DNA of 64,000 nt from Bacteroidia bacterium (lineage in GTDB: Bacteria; Bacteroidota; Bacteroidia; AKYH767-A; OLB10), in NCBI GenBank assembly GCA_037045145.1, contig JBAOIA010000012.1, positions 338,587 through 402,586 on the forward strand, given 5' to 3'. Positions 10,105-20,404 of the stretch are shown piece after piece. The notes under the pieces were generated by a model that did not search any database, was not told the origin of the DNA, and saw only the letters and a program-made list of their open reading frames with translations. The position numbers and the translations under genes were made by a program. Numbering within the stretch: position 1 is the stretch's first letter; every line of letters begins with the position of its first letter.

Positions 10105-11286
10105 ATGCTTTTGAAGCGTTGGATAGTCTTACTATCAATTATTATCAGCTATCAAAGCACTGCTCAAATGGTTGACAGTGTAATTACCGGTGCGGAGCAA
10201 ACCAAAAGTTACCTGCCGCTCATCAGTGATAAGAATGTTGCTGTAGTTGCAAATCAGACAAGTATTGTTGGTCAAACACATTTGGTGGATATGCTACTTT
10301 CCAAGCATATTAAAATCAAGAAAATATTCACTCCTGAACATGGCTTTCGCGGCATTGCAGAAGCAGGAGAAAACATTGAATCGGGAAAAGATAAAAGAAC
10401 TGGCTTACCCATTATTTCACTTTATGGTAATCATAAAAAACCCACTATTGATGATTTAAATGATATTGACATTGTCCTATTCGACTTGCAGGATGTAGGC
10501 ACACGTTTTTATACATACAGTTCAACATTACAATATGTGATGGAAGCATGTGCAGAAAACAAAAAGAAACTGATTGTTTTAGACAGACCCAATCCTAACG
10601 GTTATTATGTTGATGGCCCGGTGCTTGAACCTGCATACAAATCTTTTGTCGGTCTAAACCCAATACCTGTAGTTCATGGTCTTACAATGGGTGAATATGC
10701 GCAAATGCTGAATGGCGAAGGATGGCTTGCCAGTAAAGAGCAGTGTGATGTTACAGTTATCAGCATGAAAGGCTATACGCATGAAACAAGATATAAACTG
10801 CCTGTTAATCCTTCGCCTAATTTACCAAACATGACAGCTGTTTATCTGTATCCTTCATTGTGCTTTTTTGAAGGAACCATTGTGAGCATTGGTCGCGGAA
10901 CTGCATATCCGTTTCAGGTTGTTGGTTACCCCGGTTTCACGGAAGGCCCATTTGAATTTACACCTAAAAAAAATCCGGAAATGAAACTACCCCCACTCTA
11001 TGAAAATCAAAAGTGCAATGGTTTTGACCTGCGTGATTTTGGAAATTTTTATATTCCATCACTGAAAAAACTCTACTTGTTTTGGATTAAAAATATTTAC
11101 GACAACTATCAACAGAAAGATAAATTTTTTAACGATTACTTCGACAAACTTGCCGGCACTGACAAATTACGTAAGCAGATTGTGGCAGGCTTCACCGAAG
11201 ATCAAATAAGACGAACCTGGGAAGAAAGTTTGAAGGCATATAAAGTTATTCGCAAAAAATATTTACTCTATCCCGATTTTGAATAA
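10105..11286 (+). CDS. DUF1343 family protein (NamZ-like exo-beta-N-acetylmuramidase)
   Basis: Signal peptide plus 'VAVVANQTSIVGQTHLVDML...IFTPEHGFRG...GLPIISLYG' and 'LFDLQDVGTRFYTY', which are typical DUF1343 motifs. Confidence 0.75.
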   Translation: MLLKRWIVLLSIIISYQSTAQMVDSVITGAEQTKSYLPLISDKNVAVVANQTSIVGQTHLVDMLLSKHIKIKKIFTPEHGFRGIAEAGENIESGKDKRTGLPIISLYGNHKKPTIDDLNDIDIVLFDLQDVGTRFYTYSSTLQYVMEACAENKKKLIVLDRPNPNGYYVDGPVLEPAYKSFVGLNPIPVVHGLTMGEYAQMLNGEGWLASKEQCDVTVISMKGYTHETRYKLPVNPSPNLPNMTAVYLYPSLCFFEGTIVSIGRGTAYPFQVVGYPGFTEGPFEFTPKKNPEMKLPPLYENQKCNGFDLRDFGNFYIPSLKKLYLFWIKNIYDNYQQKDKFFNDYFDKLAGTDKLRKQIVAGFTEDQIRRTWEESLKAYKVIRKKYLLYPDFE

Positions 11287-11310
11287 TAAAGCTGCATTTG
11301 TATTTTATAA

Positions 11311-12315
11311 TTGTCAAGCCGCTTTGATGGTTTTGTTTTTAACACGCTTTTATTTCTTTTGTATTTTTGCACTTTATCAATCGGATTTTTGAAAATATAT
11401 AACCATATAGACCAATTTGAAAAGGTCAGCAATGCCGTAATAACCCTTGGCACATTTGATGGTGTGCATCTCGGACATAAAGTGATTATTGAAAGGCTGA
11501 AAAAAATTGCCGGTGAGGTAAACGGGCAGGTTGTAGTACTCACCTTTTTTCCGCATCCACGAATGGTTTTATTTCCTGACGACCATGGAATTCAGCTGCT
11601 GAATACAATAGCAGAGCGAACCATGTTGATGGAAAAAGCAGGTATTAATCATCTCATCATCCATCCGTTTTCGAAAGAATTTTCAAGAATGAGCTCCACC
11701 GAATTTGTACGTGATATATTAGTCAACAAACTGGGTGTAAAAAAATTAATCATCGGCTACGACCATCATTTTGGACGTAACAGAGAAGGTTCTTATACCG
11801 ATTTGGAAGAACTGGCACCGGTTTACAATTTTTCTGTTGAAAGAATACATGAACAACTGGTAAATGATGTTGCAGTAAGTTCAACAAAAATCAGAAACTC
11901 TTTACTTGCAGGCGATGTGGCAACTGCCCGTGAGTTTTTAGGATATGATTATGAGTTGACCGGAGCTGTAGTTCATGGCAAAAAATTAGGTCACAGCCTT
12001 GGGTTTCCAACGGCCAACCTCCACATACGTGAAGATTACAAGTTAATCCCTTCAAATGGAGTTTATGCAGCCCGAACCTTGGTTCGTGGTCAATGGATTG
12101 ATGGGGTGATGAGTATTGGAAACAGGCCTACCTTCGACAATGGATTACGCTCCATAGAGGTTAATTTATTCGATTTTAATTCTGATATTTACGGAGAGAA
12201 GATTACCATTTGTATGTCAGAATTTATACGTAATGAGCAAAAATTTGAAAACAGTACAGCACTGATTGAGGCCATGAAGGCAGATAAATTAGCTGCGATT
12301 AAACTTTTATCCTGA
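11311..12315 (+). CDS. ribF: bifunctional riboflavin kinase / FMN adenylyltransferase
   Basis: 'ITLGTFDGVHLGHKVII', 'VLTFFPHPRMVL', and the C-terminal riboflavin-kinase segment 'GKKLGHSLGFPTANL'. The track start is a TTG with a ~40-aa hydrophobic extension, so the true start is probably downstream. Confidence 0.9.
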   Translation: MSSRFDGFVFNTLLFLLYFCTLSIGFLKIYNHIDQFEKVSNAVITLGTFDGVHLGHKVIIERLKKIAGEVNGQVVVLTFFPHPRMVLFPDDHGIQLLNTIAERTMLMEKAGINHLIIHPFSKEFSRMSSTEFVRDILVNKLGVKKLIIGYDHHFGRNREGSYTDLEELAPVYNFSVERIHEQLVNDVAVSSTKIRNSLLAGDVATAREFLGYDYELTGAVVHGKKLGHSLGFPTANLHIREDYKLIPSNGVYAARTLVRGQWIDGVMSIGNRPTFDNGLRSIEVNLFDFNSDIYGEKITICMSEFIRNEQKFENSTALIEAMKADKLAAIKLLS

Positions 12316-12334
12316 AATTTACGTTAAACGGGTC

Positions 12335-12937
12335 ATGAAACGCAATTTCGTCATACTACTGATTTTGCTGATAACAGCTACTGCTCATGGACAAGAGTTG
12401 TGGGACGATGCTGAAATCGATTCAATGCCAGTATTTCGTTCATTGAATGCTGCAATGCAAAATCCGGATTCGGTATTCAGACTTGACCTGTCAAAACAAA
12501 AGTTAAAAGAGATACCTTCACAAGTATTTGAACTTACACAACTACGGGAGCTAAATGTCAGCAGAAATCATTTAACTGAATTGCCCGAACAAATTTACAA
12601 GCTGAACAACCTGCAACGTTTGTATGCAAACAACAACAAACTCACTGCTTTACCACAGCGCATAGGTACACTTAAAAATCTTCAGACTTTGACACTCGAC
12701 CGCAATCGTATTGAGGCTCTGCCTCCTGAAATAGGTATGCTTCATAATCTTGAGGTTTTAAACCTCTGGGATAATGAACTGTCTGATATTCCTGATGAAA
12801 TCAGAAGCCTTTCAAGTGTATTGAAAAAATTAGAGCTTCGTGGAATACTTTTTAACGAAGAGCAACAAAAAAGAGTCCACGACTTATTGCCTTATACAAC
12901 TATCTATTTTTCGCCTGCCTGCAATTGTAAACAATAA
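12335..12937 (+). CDS. secreted leucine-rich-repeat protein
   Basis: Signal peptide followed by about six consecutive LRRs (LxxLxxLxLxxNxLxxLPxxI). Confidence 0.8.
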   Translation: MKRNFVILLILLITATAHGQELWDDAEIDSMPVFRSLNAAMQNPDSVFRLDLSKQKLKEIPSQVFELTQLRELNVSRNHLTELPEQIYKLNNLQRLYANNNKLTALPQRIGTLKNLQTLTLDRNRIEALPPEIGMLHNLEVLNLWDNELSDIPDEIRSLSSVLKKLELRGILFNEEQQKRVHDLLPYTTIYFSPACNCKQ

Positions 12938-12969
12938 GCAAGTCAGTATGATTTTATATTTTTGCCTGT

Positions 12970-13488
12970 ATGTTACAAACAGCAGATATAAAGCTTCGTG
13001 CCTGCGAGCCTAACGACCTGCCACTGATGTATCAGTGGGAAAACAACTCGGACTACTGGCTGCTGAGTGACACCACAAAACCATTTTCAAATTACACCAT
13101 TTCTGAATTTCTCAAACAAGATCAGAATGACATTTTTACAACACGCCAGCAACGTTTTGTAATTGAATTGCTCAACCCTATTAAACAAATTGGTTTTATA
13201 GACCTGTATCAGTTTGAGCCTGTCCACAGGAGAGCAGGTGTAGGCATTCTAATCGGTGATCTAAGCGAACAAAAAAAGGGCTATGCCGCACAAAGTATTG
13301 AATGTTTAAAAAACTATGCAAATACTGTATTAAACATGCATCAGCTTTACTGTTACATTCAGGTCTCGAACAAAAGTTCATTATCACTCTTTCAGAAAGC
13401 AGGATTTAAAGAATGTGGGTCATTGAAAGATTGGCTCATTAACAAGAATGAGTCGCAAGATGTATTAATGCTCCAGTATATATTCTGA
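12970..13488 (+). CDS. GNAT family N-acetyltransferase
   Basis: The acetyl-CoA binding core 'RRAGVGILIGDLSEQKKGYAAQ' and a RimJ/RimL-like length of 172 aa. Confidence 0.75.
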   Translation: MLQTADIKLRACEPNDLPLMYQWENNSDYWLLSDTTKPFSNYTISEFLKQDQNDIFTTRQQRFVIELLNPIKQIGFIDLYQFEPVHRRAGVGILIGDLSEQKKGYAAQSIECLKNYANTVLNMHQLYCYIQVSNKSSLSLFQKAGFKECGSLKDWLINKNESQDVLMLQYIF

Positions 13489-13526
13489 ATATTTTTTTTA
13501 ACAGTTGTTCGTCACAACCTGTTATA

Positions 13527-13967
13527 TTGAACTTTTTTGTTCAGCTTTGCTACGCTACTAAACATAACAAAATGCAAACACTAACAGAAACTATTAATAA
13601 GGTAAAAGAGTTTCATGCAACTTTTGGACTTCAATATTTTGAAAATCCACAAGCTGTAATAGATAAAAATATTATCGAGCTCCGGCATAAGTTAATGCAG
13701 GAAGAAAATGACGAGTATTTGGAAGCAGCTTTGGAAAACAATCTGGTACAAATTGCCGATGCTTTGGGCGACAAACTTTATATCTTATGCGGAACCATCA
13801 TTGCTCATGGGCTACAGCATAAAATCATTGAGGTATTTAATGAAATACATCGTAGCAACATGAGCAAACTCGACAGTAATGGCAAGCCCATCTATCGTGA
13901 GGACGGAAAAATTTTAAAAGGTGAGAATTATTTTCTCCCTGATATTAAATCGGTTTTAGCGAAGTGA
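13527..13967 (+). CDS. MazG-like all-alpha nucleotide pyrophosphohydrolase family small protein (the true start is likely the internal Met near 13572)
   Basis: The EExxE/D metal-binding motifs ('LMQEENDEYLEA', 'IADALGD') sit in a ~130-aa all-helical protein. Confidence 0.45.
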   Translation: MNFFVQLCYATKHNKMQTLTETINKVKEFHATFGLQYFENPQAVIDKNIIELRHKLMQEENDEYLEAALENNLVQIADALGDKLYILCGTIIAHGLQHKIIEVFNEIHRSNMSKLDSNGKPIYREDGKILKGENYFLPDIKSVLAK

Positions 13968-14674
13968 TAGAAAAACTGAGTATCATCATTCCCGTTTTTA
14001 ACGAAGCCCAAACCATTGAACAGGTTCTTGAAAAAGTTAAATCGGTAAAACTCATTCATAACATCTCCAAACAGGTTATCATCATTGACGATCATTCAAA
14101 AGACAACAGTTTAGAGGTTATCAGAAAATTTGCCAGCAAAAACAGCGACCTGATTTCTGAAGTGATTTCTTTAAAAGAAAATAAAGGAAAGGGGTTTGCA
14201 GTACGAACAGGCATATCGTTTGCAACAGGTAATTACATCATCATTCAGGATGCTGATGTTGAGTTAAATCCGGAAGACTACAATGTGTTAATTCAGGCTT
14301 CTGTTAAAACAAATGCTCAAGTTGTTTATGGCTCGCGTTTTTTAAAAAGACAAAAATTTCCTATTCCGATTAAAACAGTTATAGCCAACAAGATACTGTC
14401 GGCCGTTACCAGCGTACTTGTGGGCAAAAAAATTACAGACATGGAAACCTGTTACAAACTAATTGACCGCTCGTTGCTGCAAGACCTCCAACTAAAAGAA
14501 AACCGCTTTGGCTTTGAGCCGGAAATAACCTTAAAACTACTGCGTAAACGCCATATACGCTATGTCGAAGTTCCGGTCTCCTATAAAGCACGCAGCAAAC
14601 ACATGGGTAAAAAAATTGGACTGACAGATGGTCTAAGAGCCTTGTACTGTTTAATTCGTTATCGGCTATCATGA
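13964..14674 (+). CDS. GT2 glycosyltransferase, soluble polyprenyl-phosphate sugar synthase type (DPM1/Ppm1-like)
   Basis: 'LSIIIPVFNEAQTIEQVL', 'IIIDDHSKDNS', the 'DAD' motif, and no TM segment. The start overlaps the previous stop (ATGA). Confidence 0.8.
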   Translation: MIEKLSIIIPVFNEAQTIEQVLEKVKSVKLIHNISKQVIIIDDHSKDNSLEVIRKFASKNSDLISEVISLKENKGKGFAVRTGISFATGNYIIIQDADVELNPEDYNVLIQASVKTNAQVVYGSRFLKRQKFPIPIKTVIANKILSAVTSVLVGKKITDMETCYKLIDRSLLQDLQLKENRFGFEPEITLKLLRKRHIRYVEVPVSYKARSKHMGKKIGLTDGLRALYCLIRYRLS

Positions 14675-16449
14675 AAAGGAGCATTATCTTCATTGCACTT
14701 ATGGCATGTCTGACATCTGTCACTTACCTCTGGCAACAACGAACTTTTGGCAATGAAAAATATGAAAGAATTGTTGATAGTGATGGCAAAGGCTATGTAG
14801 CTTATTTACCTGCCATAATTATTTATCATGACTTAAGCTTTGAATATTATTTCAAATCGCAGAATCAGAAAATAGCACGTTATTTCAATCAAAGATTTCT
14901 TACAAAACAAAATGACAAAACTGTTTTAAAAACTTATGCAGGAGTTGCTGTATTAATGGCACCTTTTTACTTAATTGGGTGCTTGGCACAAATAGTAATT
15001 CATGGTGCTACTAACGGCTATGAGTCTTTAGTCCAGTTTTTCATTTCCATTGCAGCTATTTTTTATGCTTTGTCAGGATTGTTTCTTATCTATAAAACAC
15101 TGCGCTTATTAAATTTTAATAGATTGACTTGCTTGCTAACTGCAACAATGGTTTTTGCAGCTTCAAATCTTTGTTACTACGCCCTCTTCCATCCTACAAT
15201 GTCGCATGCATATTCATTCTTTTTTATCACAGTCTTCATTTACCTTTCTGTTTGCCTTTCGCAGCAAACACAAAACCGCTTTCTTCTCGGTTTAGCATTG
15301 ACTTTAGCATTAATTACATTAGTACGACCATTGAACTTTATTGTCATCCTGTTTCCTTTGCTTTATTTTGGTAAACAAAAATTACTTGATATAATTAAAT
15401 CTAAAACAGTAATATTATTACTGTCAGGATTATTATTCTTAATGATCATTAGCATTCAGCCCATTTTAAATTTTATACAATGTGGCATGTTTTTCCCCTG
15501 GAGCTATGGTGATGAAGGGTTTTACTTCACAAATCCAGCTCTTTTTAAAACACTTTTCAGTTTCAGAAACGGACTATTTATCTACTCGCCTTTATTACTC
15601 CTGCTTATACCAGGTTTGTGGTTACTTTCCCGCCACTCATTAAGGCTATCAATGGCATCCGCCACCTTAATTGTTTTAGTTTGGTATTTACTATCATCTT
15701 GGTGGAACTGGTCGTCTGAACCGGCATTTGGCAACAGAAGTTTTATTGACTGGTATGGATTGATGGCCTTGCCAATTGCTGCATCAATAAATTTAATATG
15801 GCAAAAAAACAAAATCCTTTTATCATTATTTTGCTTAGGCGTTGCAGGGTTAAACACATTACAAACCTGGCAATACCTCAATGACATCATCCATCCTGAC
15901 GGAATGAATTTCAAAAAATATAGTTATGTTTTTTTGAAGACTTCTTCGGATTATTTTGCCTCTGTAGGCAATGGAAATGAGGAAGCCTATCTTCCACAAC
16001 AGGATACACCATTTTATACTACACAGCTAAACCTTGAAATTACTGAAAGCCCAACGTCCAAACTGTCTTCACTAACTTTTAGATTTGATAAACAAACAAA
16101 CAGGAATGCCTGGCTTACAATACCATCAGCAACAAACTTACAGCAACCCATGAAAGCCATTGTTTCTCTCCAACGGAAAGAACATGAATTTAAGGCTTGT
16201 ACACAAGCAACAGTTTGTTTCGACTATGCTGATAAAAATGGAAATGTTTATTATAATGAAAACCTCCGAATCAATGATATTCCCAGAGAAAAAATTAATG
16301 AATGGATGCTGTTTAATTATGAATTTGTTATGCCTGCAATTCGAAATGCTGAAGACCGTGTTACTTTTTACATTAACAATCCCAAAGGGTCTGATTTTGA
16401 AATAAAAAATATAGCGCTGAAACTTTATAATTTCAAATCATCACGCTAA
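14671..16449 (+). CDS. polytopic membrane protein, candidate GT-C fold glycosyltransferase (ArnT/PMT-like) with a ~170-aa C-terminal soluble domain
   Basis: About 12 predicted TM helices and an acidic first-loop motif 'RIVDSDGKGYVAYLPAI' in the position of the GT-C DE/DD motif. It is translationally coupled (ATGA) to the upstream GT2. This is a fold-level assignment only. Confidence 0.45.
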   Translation: MKRSIIFIALMACLTSVTYLWQQRTFGNEKYERIVDSDGKGYVAYLPAIIIYHDLSFEYYFKSQNQKIARYFNQRFLTKQNDKTVLKTYAGVAVLMAPFYLIGCLAQIVIHGATNGYESLVQFFISIAAIFYALSGLFLIYKTLRLLNFNRLTCLLTATMVFAASNLCYYALFHPTMSHAYSFFFITVFIYLSVCLSQQTQNRFLLGLALTLALITLVRPLNFIVILFPLLYFGKQKLLDIIKSKTVILLLSGLLFLMIISIQPILNFIQCGMFFPWSYGDEGFYFTNPALFKTLFSFRNGLFIYSPLLLLLIPGLWLLSRHSLRLSMASATLIVLVWYLLSSWWNWSSEPAFGNRSFIDWYGLMALPIAASINLIWQKNKILLSLFCLGVAGLNTLQTWQYLNDIIHPDGMNFKKYSYVFLKTSSDYFASVGNGNEEAYLPQQDTPFYTTQLNLEITESPTSKLSSLTFRFDKQTNRNAWLTIPSATNLQQPMKAIVSLQRKEHEFKACTQATVCFDYADKNGNVYYNENLRINDIPREKINEWMLFNYEFVMPAIRNAEDRVTFYINNPKGSDFEIKNIALKLYNFKSSR

Positions 16450-16483
16450 TGCTCGGGAACTTTTCGCACTAATTATCCTACTT

Positions 16484-17929
16484 TTGCAACGAATGCAAAG
16501 AAAGTTTATCACTAATCTGGCCTTACTTCTGCTGTTGAATCTACTCATCAAGCCATTCTGGATTTTTGGCATTGATCGCACTGTACAGAATATGATTGGC
16601 GCAGAAGGCTACGGGAAATATTATGCATTATTAAACTTTTCTTTTCTGTTAAACATCATTCTTGATGCAGGAATAACAAACTACAACAACAGAAACATCT
16701 CACAGCATCAGCATTTAGTATCCAAACATTTCTCCGGAATAATTATGCTTCGGTTTTTATTAGCCGGTGCATACGTATTAATAAGTCTGATTTTAGGAAT
16801 GGCGATTGGTTATTCAAAAGAAGATATTCATTTATTAATAATACTTTTAGCCAATCAATTTTTCATTTCATTTATATTATACCTACGCTCAAACCTTTCA
16901 GGATTACATCTTTTTAAACAGGACAGCATTGTTTCTGTAACCGATCGTTTTTTAATGATACTTATTTGTGGCTATCTGATTTGTTATAACAATGGCACCT
17001 ATTTAAATATTGAAAATTTTGTACATGCACAATCGGCATCTTATCTGATTACAGCCGTAGTTGCTATTGTTTTTTTACAAGGCAGAATCAGCTTTCAGAA
17101 ATTAAACTGGCAACCTGCATTTTATATTGCTATACTTAAAAAATCGCTTCCTTTTGCTTTACTCATCTTGCTGATGACATTCTATAGCAGAATAGATTCT
17201 ATAATGCTGGAAAGACTGTTGCCGGATGGGGCTTTTTATGCAGGTGTTTATGCACAGGCATACAGAATTTTAGATGCTGTAAACATGTTTGGATTTTTAT
17301 TTGCCTCACTACTTTTACCTATGTTTTCGCACATGATAAAAAAACATCTAGATATTCAGCCGCTAACAAACCTTGCTTTTAAACTTTTAATGATTCCTGC
17401 ATTGACTTTGGCTGCAATAGGACTGTATTTCAGTAATGACATTATGAACCTGCTTTATCATGAGCATGGTGCATTGTCGGCCCCTGTCTTCACAATGTTG
17501 ATGTTTAGCTTTGTTTGTATTTCAACATCATACATTTTTGGAACGTTGCTTACTGCCAATGGAAGCTTACAAAACCTTAACCTTACTGCATTAGGTGGTA
17601 TGATTTTGAATATTTCACTTAACTTGTTTTTAATTCCACAATACAAAGCTTCCGGTGCAGCATTTGCCGGCCTAATCACACAAGTAATTATGGCACTGGC
17701 ACAAATAATTTTGGCTGTAAAAATCCTTAATTGGAAACCAGACTGGAAACTCATGGGCAAGTTGTTGCTGTTTTTTACGCTTATTGCCTTAATAGCAAAT
17801 ATTGCAGTCCGCTATTATCCGGATATTAAGACAATACTATCCATAATTCTACTGGCACCAATACTTGCATTTTCTTTAGGATTACTTCGTATTTCAGAGC
17901 TAAAATCAATTATGAAAGAGCAACAATAG
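16484..17929 (+). CDS. oligosaccharide flippase (Wzx / MOP superfamily polysaccharide biosynthesis protein)
   Basis: 481 aa, 12-14 TM helices, and the characteristic N-terminal 'NLLIKPFWIFGIDRTVQNMIGAEGYGKYYALLNF'. Confidence 0.75.
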   Translation: MQRMQRKFITNLALLLLLNLLIKPFWIFGIDRTVQNMIGAEGYGKYYALLNFSFLLNIILDAGITNYNNRNISQHQHLVSKHFSGIIMLRFLLAGAYVLISLILGMAIGYSKEDIHLLIILLANQFFISFILYLRSNLSGLHLFKQDSIVSVTDRFLMILICGYLICYNNGTYLNIENFVHAQSASYLITAVVAIVFLQGRISFQKLNWQPAFYIAILKKSLPFALLILLMTFYSRIDSIMLERLLPDGAFYAGVYAQAYRILDAVNMFGFLFASLLLPMFSHMIKKHLDIQPLTNLAFKLLMIPALTLAAIGLYFSNDIMNLLYHEHGALSAPVFTMLMFSFVCISTSYIFGTLLTANGSLQNLNLTALGGMILNISLNLFLIPQYKASGAAFAGLITQVIMALAQIILAVKILNWKPDWKLMGKLLLFFTLIALIANIAVRYYPDIKTILSIILLAPILAFSLGLLRISELKSIMKEQQ

Positions 17930-17979
17930 CGAAACGCTAATTTGTTTACATTTGCGGCTCTTTAATAAATTCCTTCATA

Positions 17980-18951
17980 ATGAATAATACCCCTGTTTTC
18001 GAAGAAAACTATGCCTCATTAAGTCTGATTCAATTGATTAAAAAATGGAAAAGGCAATTGATGATTGTAGCAATAATATCTATTGTACTGTCATTTATTT
18101 TCACGCTGCCGTTTTTTATTCCTCCCATGTATAAATCAACTGCAATTTTATATCCGGTTAACCTGAGTCCTTACTCAACAGAGAGTTCAACGGAGCAGTT
18201 ATTGCAATTGTTAGAGTCGGATGAAATAAAAATGGAGTTGATAAAAGATTTCCAACTTTATTCACATTATGAAATTGACTCGACAAAAAAAACTGCATTA
18301 ACAACGGTTTTCAAACAGCTTGCCGGGAATTTAAGTATCAACAAAACAGACTTTGAGTCTGTGAAAATTGAAGTGATGGATACTGACCCACTTCAAGCCA
18401 AACAAATGGCTGATTCCATAATTGAAAAAGGAAACCGACTTGCAAGAAAACTGTACAGAGAAAAAACCATGGAGGCTTATGTTGTGGCAAAGTCTCAATT
18501 TGATTTGAAAAAAGCCGAGCTGGACTCTTCAGACAAATTACTGACGGAGCTACGACTAAAATCAGGCATCATAGAATTTTCACAGCAAACACGTGAAATT
18601 TCAAGAGCTTATTATACTTCCATTCTAAATAAAAGCAATAATTTAAGATTGGAAGATATGTTTCTGAAACTTCAACAATATGGATCTGATTATGTTACCC
18701 TAAATGAAAAAAACAACTATACCCGAAGTGTTTATAACAATTATAAGCAGTATGTTGAAAATGCAGAAAAAGACCTTACAAAAGAGATATCTTATTCTAA
18801 CGTGGTAACAACACCAATGATTCCGGATAAAAAAGCCTATCCCGTTCGTAGTTTAATCATGTTGATGTTTACTGCCTCTGTTGTCTTCTTGTCTTTTGTA
18901 GTTATCATTATCTACGAAAATTCACAGGAAAAGAAACCACAAAATACTTAA
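17980..18951 (+). CDS. Wzz-like polysaccharide chain-length determinant (PCP, no kinase domain)
   Basis: An N-terminal TM after 'LIKKWKRQLMIVAIISIVLSFIF', a coiled-coil periplasmic region, and a C-terminal TM 'LIMLMFTASVVFLSFVVIIIY'. Confidence 0.7.
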   Translation: MNNTPVFEENYASLSLIQLIKKWKRQLMIVAIISIVLSFIFTLPFFIPPMYKSTAILYPVNLSPYSTESSTEQLLQLLESDEIKMELIKDFQLYSHYEIDSTKKTALTTVFKQLAGNLSINKTDFESVKIEVMDTDPLQAKQMADSIIEKGNRLARKLYREKTMEAYVVAKSQFDLKKAELDSSDKLLTELRLKSGIIEFSQQTREISRAYYTSILNKSNNLRLEDMFLKLQQYGSDYVTLNEKNNYTRSVYNNYKQYVENAEKDLTKEISYSNVVTTPMIPDKKAYPVRSLIMLMFTASVVFLSFVVIIIYENSQEKKPQNT

Positions 18952-18955
18952 TTGA

Positions 18956-20404
18956 ATGCAAGCCATTCAGCAAAATTCGCTTCGATGGTTCTATGGCCTT
19001 ACAGCGGTTTATATGCTTATGGCTGTGGCAAGCCTCGTTACGGAGTTCTATTGGCTTCTTCTTCTACCTGCAGGAATTCTTATCGGTTATTCTGCACTTT
19101 ATCATCTCGATAAATTATTTCTTTTTACTGCGTTCTGTACACCCTTAGCAATTAATTTATCAAAAACAGATTTAGGTATTGGTGTCAGTTTGCCAACAGA
19201 GCCAATATTATTTGGTATGATGATAATATATCTTCTGTCTAAATTTATTGATGGCCGTTATGAAAAGTCCTTTATAAAACATCCGATAACAATTCTCATA
19301 CTCATTCATCTTGCATGGATGCTGGTTACCAGCTTCACCAGCAGCATGTTTCTTGTATCAATAAAACATTTTGTTGCACGATTGTGGTTTGTTGTAATTG
19401 GTTTTATGCTTGCCACCTCCATTTTTAAAGACGAAAAAAAAATTCGTCAGTTTATATGGTTCTATGCCGTTGGAATGGCAATAACTATAATCTACACCAT
19501 CACTCGTCATAGCTTAAATGGTTTTACTCAGCAATCTGCACACTGGGTGATGACACCATTTTACAATGACCACACAGAATATGCTGCTGTGCTTGCATTA
19601 TTGTTACCTCCAATTTTTGGATTGATGCTGTTAAAGCATAAATCTTTTATGTACCGCTTCTTTGCATTGATGATTTCCGGTTTAGTTATTGTTGCAATAG
19701 TATTATCCTACACACGTGCTACCTGGCTCAGCCTGGCTGTGGCACTTGTCTCTATGCTTGCTTATGTATTCAGATTAAAAACATGGGCTGTTGTAGCAAT
19801 TATAGTTTCAATGGTTGTAGGATTTCAGATTTTTCAGTCAACTGTTTTATACAAATTCGGAAAGACAAAAGAGTATTCACAGAATGACTATCGTGGCCAC
19901 TTAAAATCCATGACGAATATAAAAACCGATGCCTCTAATGTGGAACGTCTAAACCGTTGGAGTTGCGCATGGCGAATGTTCTTAGACAAACCGGTCTTTG
20001 GATGGGGACCCGGCACCTATCAGTTTCAGTATTCTGTATATCAGCTTCAGTTTGAAAAAACTTATATTAGTACAAATCTGGGCGATAAAGGAAATGCACA
20101 TAGCGAATATCTTGGCCCATTAAGCGAACAAGGTCTGTTGGGAACGCTAATTTTTGTTGCATTAGCTGTGGTAGTTCTTTACAAAGCATCAAGGGTCTTC
20201 TTGCAATCGGAATCTAACAACATTAAGGTGCTTGCACTATCTATGCAGGTTGGCTTAATCACCTATCTTGTTCATGGATTTTTAAATAATTTCTTAGATA
20301 AGGACAAAGCCTCTATTCCATTTTGGGCATTCGTAGCTGCCATTACAGTGATGGATTATTATCACAATAAAAAGCAAATAAGCCCTTCAACAGAGCGAGC
20401 GTAA
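18956..20404 (+). CDS. O-antigen ligase / Wzy_C-domain membrane protein (WaaL/Wzy/PglL family)
   Basis: Polytopic membrane protein with the Wzy_C signature loop 'RLNRWSCAWRMFLDKPVFGWGPGTYQFQY...GNAHSEYLGPL'. Confidence 0.75.
   Translation: MQAIQQNSLRWFYGLTAVYMLMAVASLVTEFYWLLLLPAGILIGYSALYHLDKLFLFTAFCTPLAINLSKTDLGIGVSLPTEPILFGMMIIYLLSKFIDGRYEKSFIKHPITILILIHLAWMLVTSFTSSMFLVSIKHFVARLWFVVIGFMLATSIFKDEKKIRQFIWFYAVGMAITIIYTITRHSLNGFTQQSAHWVMTPFYNDHTEYAAVLALLLPPIFGLMLLKHKSFMYRFFALMISGLVIVAIVLSYTRATWLSLAVALVSMLAYVFRLKTWAVVAIIVSMVVGFQIFQSTVLYKFGKTKEYSQNDYRGHLKSMTNIKTDASNVERLNRWSCAWRMFLDKPVFGWGPGTYQFQYSVYQLQFEKTYISTNLGDKGNAHSEYLGPLSEQGLLGTLIFVALAVVVLYKASRVFLQSESNNIKVLALSMQVGLITYLVHGFLNNFLDKDKASIPFWAFVAAITVMDYYHNKKQISPSTERA

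Noticed and set aside
11311-11460. The 45-aa hydrophobic N-terminal extension on ribF as a possible fused membrane domain.
   Set aside because: The track start is a TTG far upstream. The conserved RibF core begins at 'AVITLGTFDGVH', so the extension is most likely untranslated leader or promoter sequence.
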